Made by a program: the position numbers and the translations under genes. Positions 34,453 through 44,613 of a DNA stretch of 64,000 nucleotides are shown piece by piece. The stretch spans positions 248,001 through 312,000 of the IMG/VR virus record IMGVR_UViG_3300011113_000640; one strand, written 5' to 3'. The notes beneath the pieces were generated by a model. The model searched no databases and was not told the origin of the DNA. It worked only from the letters and a program-made list of their open reading frames with translations. The stretch's first letter is position 1, and every line of letters begins with the position of its first letter.

Positions 34453-35153
34453 ACGAATTTTTGTTTGATGATGTAATCTATTATAAATCGGTGGAATGCC
34501 GAATGCCCATCTCGTCCAAAATGCCAACTATTGGGCATGACTGTTTCTATGCCTTGAGACCGTATGATAGCATCGTAGGTCTTTGTGGGATCATAAGGTG
34601 CGATATAATTTTTGCCCCAATTGTAGTGGGTTTTAATTGAAGAAAAATCATTGTTGCCATTGAAAAATATATGACGGATTTTTTGGCGTTCGAGCTCCTG
34701 ATGGAATTGCCAGATTTCTTCATGCGCTTGTTGCACTTTCTGTCGCCAGTCTACATTTACAACAAACTCCTTGTATCTGGATTCCAGACCAGGCGGCACC
34801 CAATCCATGCCACTGGCTCCAATTTGATAGTATTTTCCATCATACAACCACTCTTCGCGTTCCCAGGTGCTCCACTGTATGACAACCAGTTGATCGGGAA
34901 AATCTGCACCTGCTCCAGCCAGCCATTCCAGGGTGGTACGCATGATGCGGCTGTTTGCGCTGGCACTTTCTGCGTCACAGCGAAATGCGGATTTAAGGGT
35001 AGTGGCCAGCAATCGACCCCAGCTGACTGCCAGGTTGTCTGGATGCGGTGCACGGCCTAAGTAAAATAGGGATGAATCATCTTCGGCGAAGGCATGTGGA
35101 TTTACAGCTTCAGCTGCCGCGGTGTGACTGTCACCGTTGACATACAACATCAT
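34449..35153 (-). CDS. SGNH hydrolase-like protein
   Basis: NGDSH, IQWSTWEREEW, WHFG.DGH. Confidence 0.75.
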   Translation of the reverse strand: MMLYVNGDSHTAAAEAVNPHAFAEDDSSLFYLGRAPHPDNLAVSWGRLLATTLKSAFRCDAESASANSRIMRTTLEWLAGAGADFPDQLVVIQWSTWEREEWLYDGKYYQIGASGMDWVPPGLESRYKEFVVNVDWRQKVQQAHEEIWQFHQELERQKIRHIFFNGNNDFSSIKTHYNWGKNYIAPYDPTKTYDAIIRSQGIETVMPNSWHFGRDGHSAFHRFIIDYIIKQKFV

Positions 35154-35800
35154 AACAAGTTTGTCTTGACATAGTTGGCCAGTTCAGTGCCCCAGGCCTG
35201 GTGACCAGCCACACCATAATGGAAAGGATCTCCGGCTATGGCTTGAACATTGTTGGCTTCAAACCACTTGCTCATACACCCATGGGAATCATAAGGTCGA
35301 TAAAATGCACCATGCCAATCTTTGTGATCTGATAAATCTTTGAAATTGTCATAAGTGGTCCAGAACAAATGCGGAACGCCACGTTCATTCAGTTGTTCAT
35401 GCACCTGATAAATTCTTTCATGCCATATCTCTAAACAGGCCTGCATGTAGTCTCTAGTCAAGGTGGTTTTCCATTGCTCGTATCGGGCTTTCATTGCTGC
35501 CGGGACACCAAAATCTGGGCCACCACACACTGAAATATTGTTGTACAACCAGGGCCATTCCTCGCGCTCCCAACTGGTCCAACCGATTAGCAGAAAGGTA
35601 TCTGGACTCCAGGTTTCGTCAGATAGAAAATACTCTACATGAGTTTGTATCCAGTAATTGCTGGCACCATTTTTGCCCCAACAACGAAAAGGTTGGTTCA
35701 ATGAGTCTGCAAACACAGGAACCGTGTTGGTAGAATCTATGGGTTGATCGGATTCAGTGCAGGCAGGATATACGTTGCTGTCACCAATGGCCAGGATCAT
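35150..35800 (-). CDS. SGNH hydrolase-like protein (tandem paralogue)
   Basis: IGDSN, GASN, WTSWEREEW, FHYG..GH. Confidence 0.75.
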   Translation of the reverse strand: MILAIGDSNVYPACTESDQPIDSTNTVPVFADSLNQPFRCWGKNGASNYWIQTHVEYFLSDETWSPDTFLLIGWTSWEREEWPWLYNNISVCGGPDFGVPAAMKARYEQWKTTLTRDYMQACLEIWHERIYQVHEQLNERGVPHLFWTTYDNFKDLSDHKDWHGAFYRPYDSHGCMSKWFEANNVQAIAGDPFHYGVAGHQAWGTELANYVKTNLL

Positions 35801-36186
35801 GATACTTCGCTCCTGCCGTCGCCGATGTTGCGAGTCTTGACCACTCGATCGCGTTCGGGATTCATTGCTTCATACTGCTCAAATGTTTCCAAAACCACGT
35901 TACGGCACACTGCCGTAAACCAACGATCCACGATGTCTGAATCGGTATCCTTGGCATCCATCTGATAACCAGCACGTATGAGATTGGCCACAAATTTGTC
36001 ATTCCAGTCAAGTTCAAATGCACCAGCTTGCATGTTTTCAGGGTCGACTTCCATACTGAGTATGGTCACATAAGGCTCGCCCTTTTCTGTGGCCAATTCT
36101 TTTTCGCTTTTTTCTACTTTCTTGGGTCGTGGTTCTGCTTTGGGTTCGGGTTTTTTCTTTTTAAAGAAACGATCTAGTAGTCCCAT
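35797..36186 (-). CDS. Hypothetical protein
   Basis: AAGGA SD; GAFELDWNDKF. Confidence 0.8.
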   Translation of the reverse strand: MGLLDRFFKKKKPEPKAEPRPKKVEKSEKELATEKGEPYVTILSMEVDPENMQAGAFELDWNDKFVANLIRAGYQMDAKDTDSDIVDRWFTAVCRNVVLETFEQYEAMNPERDRVVKTRNIGDGRSEVS

Positions 36187-36193
36187 GGAATCC

Positions 36194-37429
36194 TTATAGT
36201 CTGGTATTACCGTAATGTACTACAGTTATTCCCGGTGCGTCAACCATTTTGCGCCATGGATCGACCACAACTGATCCTGGCAAAATTGGGCAGTATGGTA
36301 GTGTGTCTGGAGTATTGCCAGTGTATTCGTATGTGATCTTGCGATTGTGTGCCCATAAGAACACCGCAGGATAATCCAAAGCGTCTACCACTTCGTCTCG
36401 GTTGTCTGCAAGCGGATCGACATAGACCACAGGCAAGCCTGCTTCCTTGATATAAAATCCAACCAGGGTTGAGTATGAGCCAATGCAATATTCTACATCT
36501 GGCTTGTAGGCTTTACCGTGTATCACAACAGGCAAATTGTATTTCTTGGCTTGTTCGACCAAAAATAATGCCAAGTTTTTTGCTTGAACTTCTCTGGCAT
36601 GCATCACAGTATCAAACAGGTCGTATCCAATGTTGTATTCTTCGGCCAACCAACGCAGAGCAATGTTGTCGCGGGGATGGCATGCACCTGCATCGCCCAT
36701 GCCGGCGGTCATGTACTTGGGTCCCATGATACGCATGGTGCTACGGGCCAAGGCATTGGTCACAACATCCACATTGATATTGCCAATCTTCAAGGCAAAG
36801 TCCTGGATCATGTTTACCAAGCCAACCTTGGCACTAATAAATGTGTTGTAGAAAATCTTGATAGCTTCGCATTCGTCCCATGTGCCAATTTCATAGCGTG
36901 GATTGTTCTGCATGATGGTTTCATACAAGTCGTGAAGTTCACCGGCAACACCGGTCAAACTACCATCTTCGGTGCCCAACATGATCATTTCTGGGTTGAC
37001 CATGTCCCACTTTACACTGCCCATGGCAATCAAGTAAGGGTTATAAACAAACTCGTGTCGGGCATCTAATAAAGGAACAAACTTCTTGCGAGTAGTTCCT
37101 GGCAATACTGTGCTAATTAGCACCACTTTCTTGGGCGTGGTAGCGTACTGATTTACATTTTTAATAGCATCAACAACAGCATCGTGACCAAAGTCTCGAG
37201 GAGTCATATGGCTTGACGGAACACTGCCATCGTAGCCTTCGGCATGTGGAGTGGGCACTGCAATAAAGATCCACTCGCTTTTGTCGACTAATTCTTCAAT
37301 GCTACATACTTTTACACTATCGCTGGTGCGTGGGTAAATGTCGTAACCGCGTACTTCATGCTTTTCAGCAAATACTTCGGCACAGTCTAGCCCAAGTTTA
37401 CCTATACCAATAAATCCTATTTTAGCCAT
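36194..37429 (-). CDS. ugd: UDP-glucose/GDP-mannose 6-dehydrogenase
   Basis: GIGKLG, IAVPTP, STVLPGTT, EAIKIFYNTF, GACHPRD, KAYKP. Confidence 0.9.
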   Translation of the reverse strand: MAKIGFIGIGKLGLDCAEVFAEKHEVRGYDIYPRTSDSVKVCSIEELVDKSEWIFIAVPTPHAEGYDGSVPSSHMTPRDFGHDAVVDAIKNVNQYATTPKKVVLISTVLPGTTRKKFVPLLDARHEFVYNPYLIAMGSVKWDMVNPEMIMLGTEDGSLTGVAGELHDLYETIMQNNPRYEIGTWDECEAIKIFYNTFISAKVGLVNMIQDFALKIGNINVDVVTNALARSTMRIMGPKYMTAGMGDAGACHPRDNIALRWLAEEYNIGYDLFDTVMHAREVQAKNLALFLVEQAKKYNLPVVIHGKAYKPDVEYCIGSYSTLVGFYIKEAGLPVVYVDPLADNRDEVVDALDYPAVFLWAHNRKITYEYTGNTPDTLPYCPILPGSVVVDPWRKMVDAPGITVVHYGNTRL

Positions 37430-37486
37430 GCGAGTCCTTTATTCTTAGAGTGCTACAGACTAATTTATCTGGTATCTGTGTGGCCT

Positions 37487-38242
37487 TTAGGATTTTTTAA
37501 ACACAGGTATGGGCAACATCTTGTGCAGGCTACGGGCCCGGATCCTGCGATACTGTAACAACAGGTTGCGATCTGCGTCATACGCAGGGTCAACGCCCTG
37601 TTCATCCCAGGACATGGCACGCTCTAACTGTGCATAAGTGAGTCCGCCCAGCTGATCTTGATCAGTGCGACCGTCGGACCAAAGTCCATCTGTGGGTGCT
37701 GCATCAATGATATCTTGTATGATACCCAGTTCTCGTCCTAGATCCCACACTTCGGTTTTCATTAGGTCACCAATGGGACTGATGTCCACGCCACCATCGC
37801 CGTATTTGGTATAAAAGCCCACACCAAAGTCTTCGACACGATTGCCGGTGCCCACCACGATGCCGTGATTGTGCTGTGCTATCTGATACAGTGTGGTCAT
37901 TCTCAATCTGGCTCGACTGTTGGCCATGCCCAACAAGTTGTCGTACGGTCCTAGTGTGGTTTCAAACTGATCAAACACTGGCGTGAGATCCACTGTTTCG
38001 TGTTTGACATTGCTGAAGTTTTCGGTGAGCCAAGCACCGTGTCTCAGGCTGAGATCATGCAGTTCGGGCCGTTGTCGTATGGGCATGGTCACTGCCGTGA
38101 CTGGCATGCCAGTTTTAGCACACAGGGTACTAACCACACTAGAATCTATGCCCCCACTGATACCCACTACCAACCACTCGATGTTGTTGTCGGCAGCGTA
38201 GTCTCGTATCCATGTCGATATGTCGTTTGCAAGTTGTTTCAT
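37487..38242 (-). CDS. nadE: NH3-dependent NAD+ synthetase
   Basis: GISGGIDS, NSRARLRM, GFYTKYGDG, PTDGLW. Confidence 0.93.
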   Translation of the reverse strand: MKQLANDISTWIRDYAADNNIEWLVVGISGGIDSSVVSTLCAKTGMPVTAVTMPIRQRPELHDLSLRHGAWLTENFSNVKHETVDLTPVFDQFETTLGPYDNLLGMANSRARLRMTTLYQIAQHNHGIVVGTGNRVEDFGVGFYTKYGDGGVDISPIGDLMKTEVWDLGRELGIIQDIIDAAPTDGLWSDGRTDQDQLGGLTYAQLERAMSWDEQGVDPAYDADRNLLLQYRRIRARSLHKMLPIPVFKKS

Positions 38243-38246
38243 AATT

Positions 38247-38480
38247 TTATTCCTTTAGTTGCCACATTAAATGCTCCTGACGAGCATGCCATTTGTATTC
38301 AATCACAGGTGTTCCTGGACCGGTCCAGGTAGCAATTCCACGATAGGCCAAGGTTCCGGGCCATAGTCTACGTCCTGTGATCTCGCAGGTTTTGGGCCAT
38401 ACCACCCTGCACAGTTTCCACTCGGCCCGAATATAAAAACTGCCATTGGGGCGATTGATACGTTCTGGTATTGGACTCAT
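38247..38480 (-). CDS. Small hypothetical protein
   Basis: ATGA overlap with queE stop. Confidence 0.7.
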   Translation of the reverse strand: MSPIPERINRPNGSFYIRAEWKLCRVVWPKTCEITGRRLWPGTLAYRGIATWTGPGTPVIEYKWHARQEHLMWQLKE

Positions 38481-39352
38481 TTGCCCCAGCCGTTGCCCCA
38501 CAGGTCCACATGCAATCTAGGACTGTAGTTCCAGCCCTGCGCACAACAGATGTCTGCTATGCGTAGTTTATTTTTATCGTAGGGTTCAACCACGCCACCC
38601 TGTGGCATCAAATAAATTGTGCCCTTAAATCCTGCACGGCGATACGCATCCGTGGCACGTATGGCCTCCGCAATGTGCTCATCGGTTTCAACCACAAACT
38701 TCAAATAAGTGTGTCCGATGTCGGCATAGCTCATCACAACTTCGGGACGTATGGCTTCATCCCAAGACTCGCCAGAAGCCGACAACTTGGCACTGACACT
38801 AAATGTCAACGCTGACGGACCTTTCTTGCCCAATTTAGGATTCAGGGTCCAGTCCAACAAAAAGTGTCGGAAGTCTTTGTGCAACTCTTGAGTACCATTG
38901 GTTTCAAAGGTGATGTTCTTCAAGTCCAACATTCTTGGATGGCTCAACAGTTCGCTGTAGGCACGTTGCCAGCCCAGCAAAGGCTCGCCGCCGGTAATTA
39001 CCAAATGCACATCGTTGCCATTGTTCTGCATCCATGCATTGTTGGGTGTCAGTGCCAACATCTTATCCACAAGTTCTTCTGTGGTGTAGTTAGGACTGAG
39101 ATGTTTGAATGCTGGATGCCACGATGCATAACTGTCACAACCTGTTTCTACCAAGGGCAGATCATTGAATGTGGGATACATGTGAACAACTTCGGCCACA
39201 TCGTCGGCACCTGTTGACTTTTCGCCTGGCTTGCATCCAAAACCTGCACAGGTAAAGTTGCAACCATAGGTTCTCAAGAACACACTGGGCACCCCTACAA
39301 AACGACCTTCGCCTTGTAAGCTATAAAATACTTCAGATACTTTTATTTTCAT
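38477..39352 (-). CDS. queE: 7-carboxy-7-deazaguanine synthase (radical SAM)
   Basis: EVFYSLQGEG..G.PSVFLR..GCNFTC...CDS, TGGEP, ETNGT, SPRLH. Confidence 0.93.
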   Translation of the reverse strand: MKIKVSEVFYSLQGEGRFVGVPSVFLRTYGCNFTCAGFGCKPGEKSTGADDVAEVVHMYPTFNDLPLVETGCDSYASWHPAFKHLSPNYTTEELVDKMLALTPNNAWMQNNGNDVHLVITGGEPLLGWQRAYSELLSHPRMLDLKNITFETNGTQELHKDFRHFLLDWTLNPKLGKKGPSALTFSVSAKLSASGESWDEAIRPEVVMSYADIGHTYLKFVVETDEHIAEAIRATDAYRRAGFKGTIYLMPQGGVVEPYDKNKLRIADICCAQGWNYSPRLHVDLWGNGWGK

Positions 39353-39945
39353 TCACATCCTCTTGTGGCGTAATCTCTGGGGGCATGTTCATGCTTGCTG
39401 TGCATTTTAAATCCATTTTCTAACAACAAAGGAATGGCTGTGGCACACTTGCCACTCAATTGATTAGTGTCATAATTATAATAGGTATCATCCATAATTA
39501 CAACCGATTGTTCATCTAAATAAGGCAAACAATATTCTAATTGCAATCGATGTTCTTCTTGACAATTGGCATTGTTCATTGTTATTCCTCTTAGGGAATA
39601 TTCTCTAATCTGTCGTCGAACCCAGGCAGGAATATCTACTGTATTATAAATCCAATCAAAGTTGTCCAAATATAAAACTTTGATTTTTTTATTTAGACCT
39701 GGCAAAGTGTTCTTGCACCAATCACTGCCGGAACTTGCCACTACCCAATTGATTTCTGGATAATCCTGTTCTCTCTTACCGTGCTCAACATCAACAGAAT
39801 AAAATTCTATATTGCGTTTTTTTGCCCACTCATACAACCATACAGAACTACCGTCACCATTCTCACTGCCAATTTCCAACACAATGTTGTTTTGATCAAC
39901 AGTAAGAGTAGTGTTTTCTAATTTAGTATAAGGTTTGGTGCCCAC
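39349..39945 (-). CDS. Class I SAM methyltransferase (paralogue of 45337 and 45961)
   Basis: LEIGS, LYLDNFDW, IMDDT, GKC. Confidence 0.75.
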   Translation of the reverse strand: MGTKPYTKLENTTLTVDQNNIVLEIGSENGDGSSVWLYEWAKKRNIEFYSVDVEHGKREQDYPEINWVVASSGSDWCKNTLPGLNKKIKVLYLDNFDWIYNTVDIPAWVRRQIREYSLRGITMNNANCQEEHRLQLEYCLPYLDEQSVVIMDDTYYNYDTNQLSGKCATAIPLLLENGFKMHSKHEHAPRDYATRGCE

Positions 39946-40010
39946 TTATTTCCACCTCTCTCGCATTTTCATTTAATGGTTGTTACAACCAGATGCCAAT
40001 AGTCTACCTG

Positions 40011-40559
40011 TTATCTTTGCCACCATGACTCCCAAGGAAATACAATCCAAACGTCTTCTTCGGCTTTGTTTATTGTGATAGCCGAATATGCGACATCTAG
40101 TTTACTTTTACTGCTTTCATTGTCATACAAGCAGGCCACACGCACATTGTTGCCCCAGACTCCAGACCAGCGTTCGTGTTCAGGAAGACACCCACTGATC
40201 CAATCTTGTTGTATCCAGTTGAGTGTGGCACCGGTGTCGTTGATATCATCTACTATCAAGATATTTTTGGCATGCAAGGCAAAATCAAACTCGGCTAATA
40301 AACGTTCTTCTTTGGGCATATAACCAAAAGCATCTTCGGCCATCCACAAGTTGCTTTCTTGTTCGGCACCATCACGTAGACTTACTTTCAGTGTTTCCAT
40401 TCTGCACTCTAGATACTGGCTGATTAAATTTGCTGGAACCAGGCCGCCGCGGGTGAGACCAACCACATAGTCAGGCCTCCATCTGTCCAAGTTAATTTGA
40501 CGCAGGATTTCCTGTGTTTGACGCTCAACGTCCTGCCAAGTATGATAGATTTTTTTCAT
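40011..40559 (-). CDS. Type I purine phosphoribosyltransferase (Gpt-like)
   Basis: RGGLVPA, LIVDDINDTGAT, WIVFPWE. Confidence 0.9.
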   Translation of the reverse strand: MKKIYHTWQDVERQTQEILRQINLDRWRPDYVVGLTRGGLVPANLISQYLECRMETLKVSLRDGAEQESNLWMAEDAFGYMPKEERLLAEFDFALHAKNILIVDDINDTGATLNWIQQDWISGCLPEHERWSGVWGNNVRVACLYDNESSKSKLDVAYSAITINKAEEDVWIVFPWESWWQR

Positions 40560-40564
40560 ACTTT

Positions 40565-40594
40565 ATTATACAATAATCCAAGGTGAGTTGTCAA
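40565..40594 (-). promoter_or_regulatory. Sigma70-type promoter giving a leaderless PRTase transcript
   Basis: TTGACA-N18-TATAAT; ATG 5 nt downstream. Confidence 0.75.
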
Positions 40595-41533
40595 TTAACG
40601 TGTGAGCCATTTGGGATTGTCTTGATACCATTCAACTGTTTCGGTCAGACGTTGTTCAAATGATCTGGGTGCTTGCCATCCTAAACTGTACAATTTTTCC
40701 GGATTCACACTGAAACACAAGTCGTGTCCAGGACGATCAACTGGAACTAAACGATAAGATAATTCGCAACCCATTATCTGGGCAATGTGTTGGGCAAACT
40801 CAAGATTGTTGATAAACTTGTTGCCGGCACTGTTCCATTTTTCACAACGAGCGGACTGTGTTTCTAATATAAATCTAGTATGGCTGGCCACATCGCCGGC
40901 ATAGAACCAACGACGTCCGCCAATCAATTCACTAGGCCCTACGTGTATGTCCAAGGTTTCATTGTTGAGTACTTTGCGTATGATAATCACCGGCAAGCGA
41001 TTGCTTTGACAACGTGGACCAAAGGTATTGTTGATGTGTATGATGCTGGCAGGAACAGCAAACGAGTTGGCATAGGCCAGACACAATTCTTCACCAGCGG
41101 CTTTGCCGGCCGCATAAGGGCTATTGCTGTTGTAGGCATCTGTGAGTTGGCTGTCTTGACCAATGGTCACGGGTCCGTAAACTTCGCCCGAACTGTAATA
41201 CATGAATCGTTGCGTGCCAGTGTGTCGGGCATGTTCCAGCAGATTCAGTGTGCCCAACACATTGTCCATGATGGATGCGGTCGGGTTACTAAGACTGTCA
41301 GCAGCACTGGGATTGGCACCAGCATGCAGTATGATATCAGCGGCCGGCAGACCCGTACAAGGGTTTTTGATATCGTGTTCGATGATTTCGACGCTGTCAA
41401 TCAAGTGTTGTAGCCGATCCATGTTGGTGGTTCCTGGACGCACCACGCATATCACACGATGATCTCTGACAAATTCTTCCGCCAGGTAATGACCGATGAA
41501 TCCATTGGCCCCGGTGATCAATACTGTTTTCAT
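40595..41533 (-). CDS. NAD-dependent epimerase/dehydratase (RmlB-like)
   Basis: TGANGFIG, SSGEVYG, YAAGK, DRPGHD. Confidence 0.9.
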   Translation of the reverse strand: MKTVLITGANGFIGHYLAEEFVRDHRVICVVRPGTTNMDRLQHLIDSVEIIEHDIKNPCTGLPAADIILHAGANPSAADSLSNPTASIMDNVLGTLNLLEHARHTGTQRFMYYSSGEVYGPVTIGQDSQLTDAYNSNSPYAAGKAAGEELCLAYANSFAVPASIIHINNTFGPRCQSNRLPVIIIRKVLNNETLDIHVGPSELIGGRRWFYAGDVASHTRFILETQSARCEKWNSAGNKFINNLEFAQHIAQIMGCELSYRLVPVDRPGHDLCFSVNPEKLYSLGWQAPRSFEQRLTETVEWYQDNPKWLTR

Positions 41534-42213
41534 TGTGTCCACTTGTATATGATATCGGTGTCTTTGACTAGCACTTTTTCGTATTCCAACTCTGCGAAAA
41601 AGACATCCATCATGTCTTGGCTTATGCCATATCTTTTGGCCCAGGGTTCGCACCATTCAATCATGACGACGGGATGGAACTTTTCAATGGTGTTTTTGGC
41701 TCCCATCAAGGCAAAATATTCATAGCCTTCAATATCCAATTGTATAAGATCACAGGCCGGCAAGTTTATTTCATCAATGATCACAGTGGGCACATTGCCG
41801 GCCTGTGTGCCCACATGGATGGCACCTGCATCTTGACCGCGATTTATTTCAACAAACTTGTGTTCGTTGCCCACGCAGGCCTGTGTTTTTATCACATTGG
41901 AGTCGCAATTCAAGGTCAGGCACATGAAATTCATTGGATCCGGTTCAAAAGTGTACACCGTACCAAATCTTTTGCTGAACTGGCGCACAAGTTGGCCACA
42001 GTTACCACCGGCCTGCACCATCACACCAGGAGAATCCACATGGGTCATCAGCAGGTCAAGAAATTCTGGTTCTATGCGGTACTGGTGCATGTAATTCCAA
42101 CAGGCCCGGTCGTAACGAGGCCACCACAGATCTTTTAGTTCGACATGCGGCGAATCGTGTCTGAGCTCGATTAATTCACCCAGATTACCAGGAATGGTTT
42201 TATAATCGTCCAT
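41530..42213 (-). CDS. FkbM-family methyltransferase
   Basis: QAGGNCG, FEP, LDIEGYE. Confidence 0.88.
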   Translation of the reverse strand: MDDYKTIPGNLGELIELRHDSPHVELKDLWWPRYDRACWNYMHQYRIEPEFLDLLMTHVDSPGVMVQAGGNCGQLVRQFSKRFGTVYTFEPDPMNFMCLTLNCDSNVIKTQACVGNEHKFVEINRGQDAGAIHVGTQAGNVPTVIIDEINLPACDLIQLDIEGYEYFALMGAKNTIEKFHPVVMIEWCEPWAKRYGISQDMMDVFFAELEYEKVLVKDTDIIYKWTQ

Positions 42214-42692
42214 CAGGTCCTTCGCACATTCAAATAAGCTGGTTGATTGCTGTACAAAAATTCACTCCAAACAGATTCTAATTCTTCAACAGTGTTAGGC
42301 TGATAAATTTTGATGTTAGGGAACACTTCAACAGCACGAACAGCATCTTCGGCCCAGTGACTGAAACCCAAATGACCATAGTCCTGATCACGGCCGACTC
42401 CTACCAGTTTGACCGGTGCAAGTTCATGATCAAGATAGTTGCGTAGCCACTCATAAGGGCGGAAGATCACAAACGGAGTAATGCTGTAACACACAGGTAT
42501 CTTGCCGCAATGAGTAAGTCCTACAGCAGTTCCCAGCATGAGTTGTTCTGCAGCACCTACATTAAGAGCACGGTCTGGTGCTACTTCTCTTGATCGATTA
42601 AGCACACCAAACCCAAGATCACCTGATAACAACCATACATCGGGATCTTTGGCCAATGAGTCAGCCATGAGTTCACCAAATCTATTTCTCAT
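42213..42692 (-). CDS. Split transketolase, pyrimidine-binding subunit
   Basis: GDLG, NVGAAEQ, RPYE, G.SH; start at ATGA overlap. Confidence 0.9.
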   Translation of the reverse strand: MRNRFGELMADSLAKDPDVWLLSGDLGFGVLNRSREVAPDRALNVGAAEQLMLGTAVGLTHCGKIPVCYSITPFVIFRPYEWLRNYLDHELAPVKLVGVGRDQDYGHLGFSHWAEDAVRAVEVFPNIKIYQPNTVEELESVWSEFLYSNQPAYLNVRRT

Positions 42693-43297
42693 AGTTGCTC
42701 TAGATCCTCGGGTTTGAGCACATAGTAGTGCGTGAGTATGCCCTTGGCAAACGACCAATCCGGTGGCGCAGTTTCACGTATGTTGATTCTTGGCAAAAAT
42801 GCCCGCAACCTACGGATGATATATTCTTTGTCGATAAAGTCATAGGCAATCATGCCATTGACATTGACGTATACTTCTAAATTGTCTAACTTGGCTTCGT
42901 AGATAAAACGTAATGCTTCCCATATACTTCCTTCACCACACTCACCGTCACTGATCAAACAATGCACTCGACGAGTACGATCAGCCAGAGCATATCCACA
43001 AGCCACAGTAAGGCCCATGCCTAAACTACCAGAGCTACAAGGCAGTCCGTCTTCGATGTTTCTGTGTGGATGGACTCCGTGTTTGTGAAATAAGTGTTCA
43101 GCATCTTTGCCAAGATATTTTTCTAAAATCACGTACCAAGCCAGGGCCGCGTGACCAGAACTTAAGATAAACGGTTCGTTGGGTTGTCGATTTTTGTAAA
43201 TTTCTTCAATGATATTGACAGCATTAAGATTGGAACTTAGATGTCCAATCTTTTCTCGATAGCTGATATCAATGATTCTTTGTTCAACGTCGTTCAT
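42689..43297 (-). CDS. Split transketolase, ThDP-binding subunit
   Basis: GH, SSGH, GSLGMGL, SDGECGEGSIWEA. Confidence 0.92.
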   Translation of the reverse strand: MNDVEQRIIDISYREKIGHLSSNLNAVNIIEEIYKNRQPNEPFILSSGHAALAWYVILEKYLGKDAEHLFHKHGVHPHRNIEDGLPCSSGSLGMGLTVACGYALADRTRRVHCLISDGECGEGSIWEALRFIYEAKLDNLEVYVNVNGMIAYDFIDKEYIIRRLRAFLPRINIRETAPPDWSFAKGILTHYYVLKPEDLEQL

Positions 43298-44613
43298 AGA
43301 TATAAACTCATAAATCCATCAACCTTTTCTCCAATGTACTCAATCTGTTCAGGAGTAATAACTGGACTGCATCCATGGAAGTAGGTATTCTTCATTGTGA
43401 ATGTGGCCACAGGATAATTGTCACGTGCTGCCACAGGATCCATCAAATGACTATACGCAGGTTGCAACATGATGTTGCCAGCAAAGTATGGGCGTGTCTG
43501 TATCAAGTTTTCTTCAAGATAATCAACAATGTCCATGCGTGAGAACGGAGCATCCGCACGTATGGTCAATGGGAAAGCAAACCAACTGACATCGGCTTTG
43601 TCTCTGGCACGTGGCAAGTGGAAAAACTGTTCATACTTTTCATAGATGGCAAACAATAGATTGTAGTTGCGTTGACGTAAAGCATGTATCTCTGGCAATT
43701 TTTTAAGTTGCTCAAGTCCCATGGCTGCTTGTAGTTCAATGGGTTTTAAGTTATAACCAATTTCATCATACACATACTTGTGATCAAAAATCTGATCTGG
43801 CATTTCTGGTATCCACTCATTGAATCGCTTGCCACAGGTGCCACATTTTAATTTGTTGGCCTCGGGTCCTACGCAATAGCAACCGCGTCCCCACTCACGC
43901 AGGCTACGCACAATGATTTCTTGTTGTGGATCATTCATGGCCACAAAGCCACCTTCGCCCATGGTCATGTGATGTGCCGGATAAAAACTGCATGACGCCA
44001 TTTCACCAAAGCTACCTAACGGCTTGCCGTCATAGGTTGTGCCTAGTCCATCACAGCAGTCTTCAAGCAGAACAAGATTGTACTTGTTAACTAGTTCCAT
44101 AACCCGGTCCATATTAGGTGGATTGCCTAAAACATGAGCAAAGGTAATAATCTTAATATCTGTATCTGCCGCAAGCAAACGCTCTGCATGGTCCAAATCA
44201 ATGTTTAGTGTATCAATTTCAATATCACAGAACACTGGCGTAAATCCATTTTGCAAGGTTGGATTCAGTGTGGTTGGAAATCCTGCGATTGGCATCAGTA
44301 CTTTGGTGCCGGGTGGAAAATTATGTCCACGCTTGCTTTTCATGGCGGTCATCATCAAGAGATTTGCGCTACTACCACTGTTGGTAAGCACGCCGCGTGT
44401 CTTGCCAAACTCCCTAGGAAATTTTTGTTCAAAGCGCAGGCTTTTGTTGCCCATGACCAGCCACCCATTAAGCAAGGCTTCTGCGGCCGCCACATACTCG
44501 TCGGATGAAAAATGCGGGCCAGCATAATTAACAAAGTCTTTGCCGGCCACCCAGGTTTTGTCTGCCTGTTTGGCGTCAATGTACTGTTTAATCAAGTTTA
44601 AAATTTCATTCAT
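43294..44613 (-). CDS. rfbH: NDP-4-keto-6-deoxyglucose 3-dehydratase (RfbH/DdhC, E1)
   Basis: SGSSAN, EDCCD, SFYPAHHMTMGEGG (His in place of Lys), WGRGCYC..CG.RF, DHKY. Confidence 0.93.
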   Translation of the reverse strand: MNEILNLIKQYIDAKQADKTWVAGKDFVNYAGPHFSSDEYVAAAEALLNGWLVMGNKSLRFEQKFPREFGKTRGVLTNSGSSANLLMMTAMKSKRGHNFPPGTKVLMPIAGFPTTLNPTLQNGFTPVFCDIEIDTLNIDLDHAERLLAADTDIKIITFAHVLGNPPNMDRVMELVNKYNLVLLEDCCDGLGTTYDGKPLGSFGEMASCSFYPAHHMTMGEGGFVAMNDPQQEIIVRSLREWGRGCYCVGPEANKLKCGTCGKRFNEWIPEMPDQIFDHKYVYDEIGYNLKPIELQAAMGLEQLKKLPEIHALRQRNYNLLFAIYEKYEQFFHLPRARDKADVSWFAFPLTIRADAPFSRMDIVDYLEENLIQTRPYFAGNIMLQPAYSHLMDPVAARDNYPVATFTMKNTYFHGCSPVITPEQIEYIGEKVDGFMSLYL

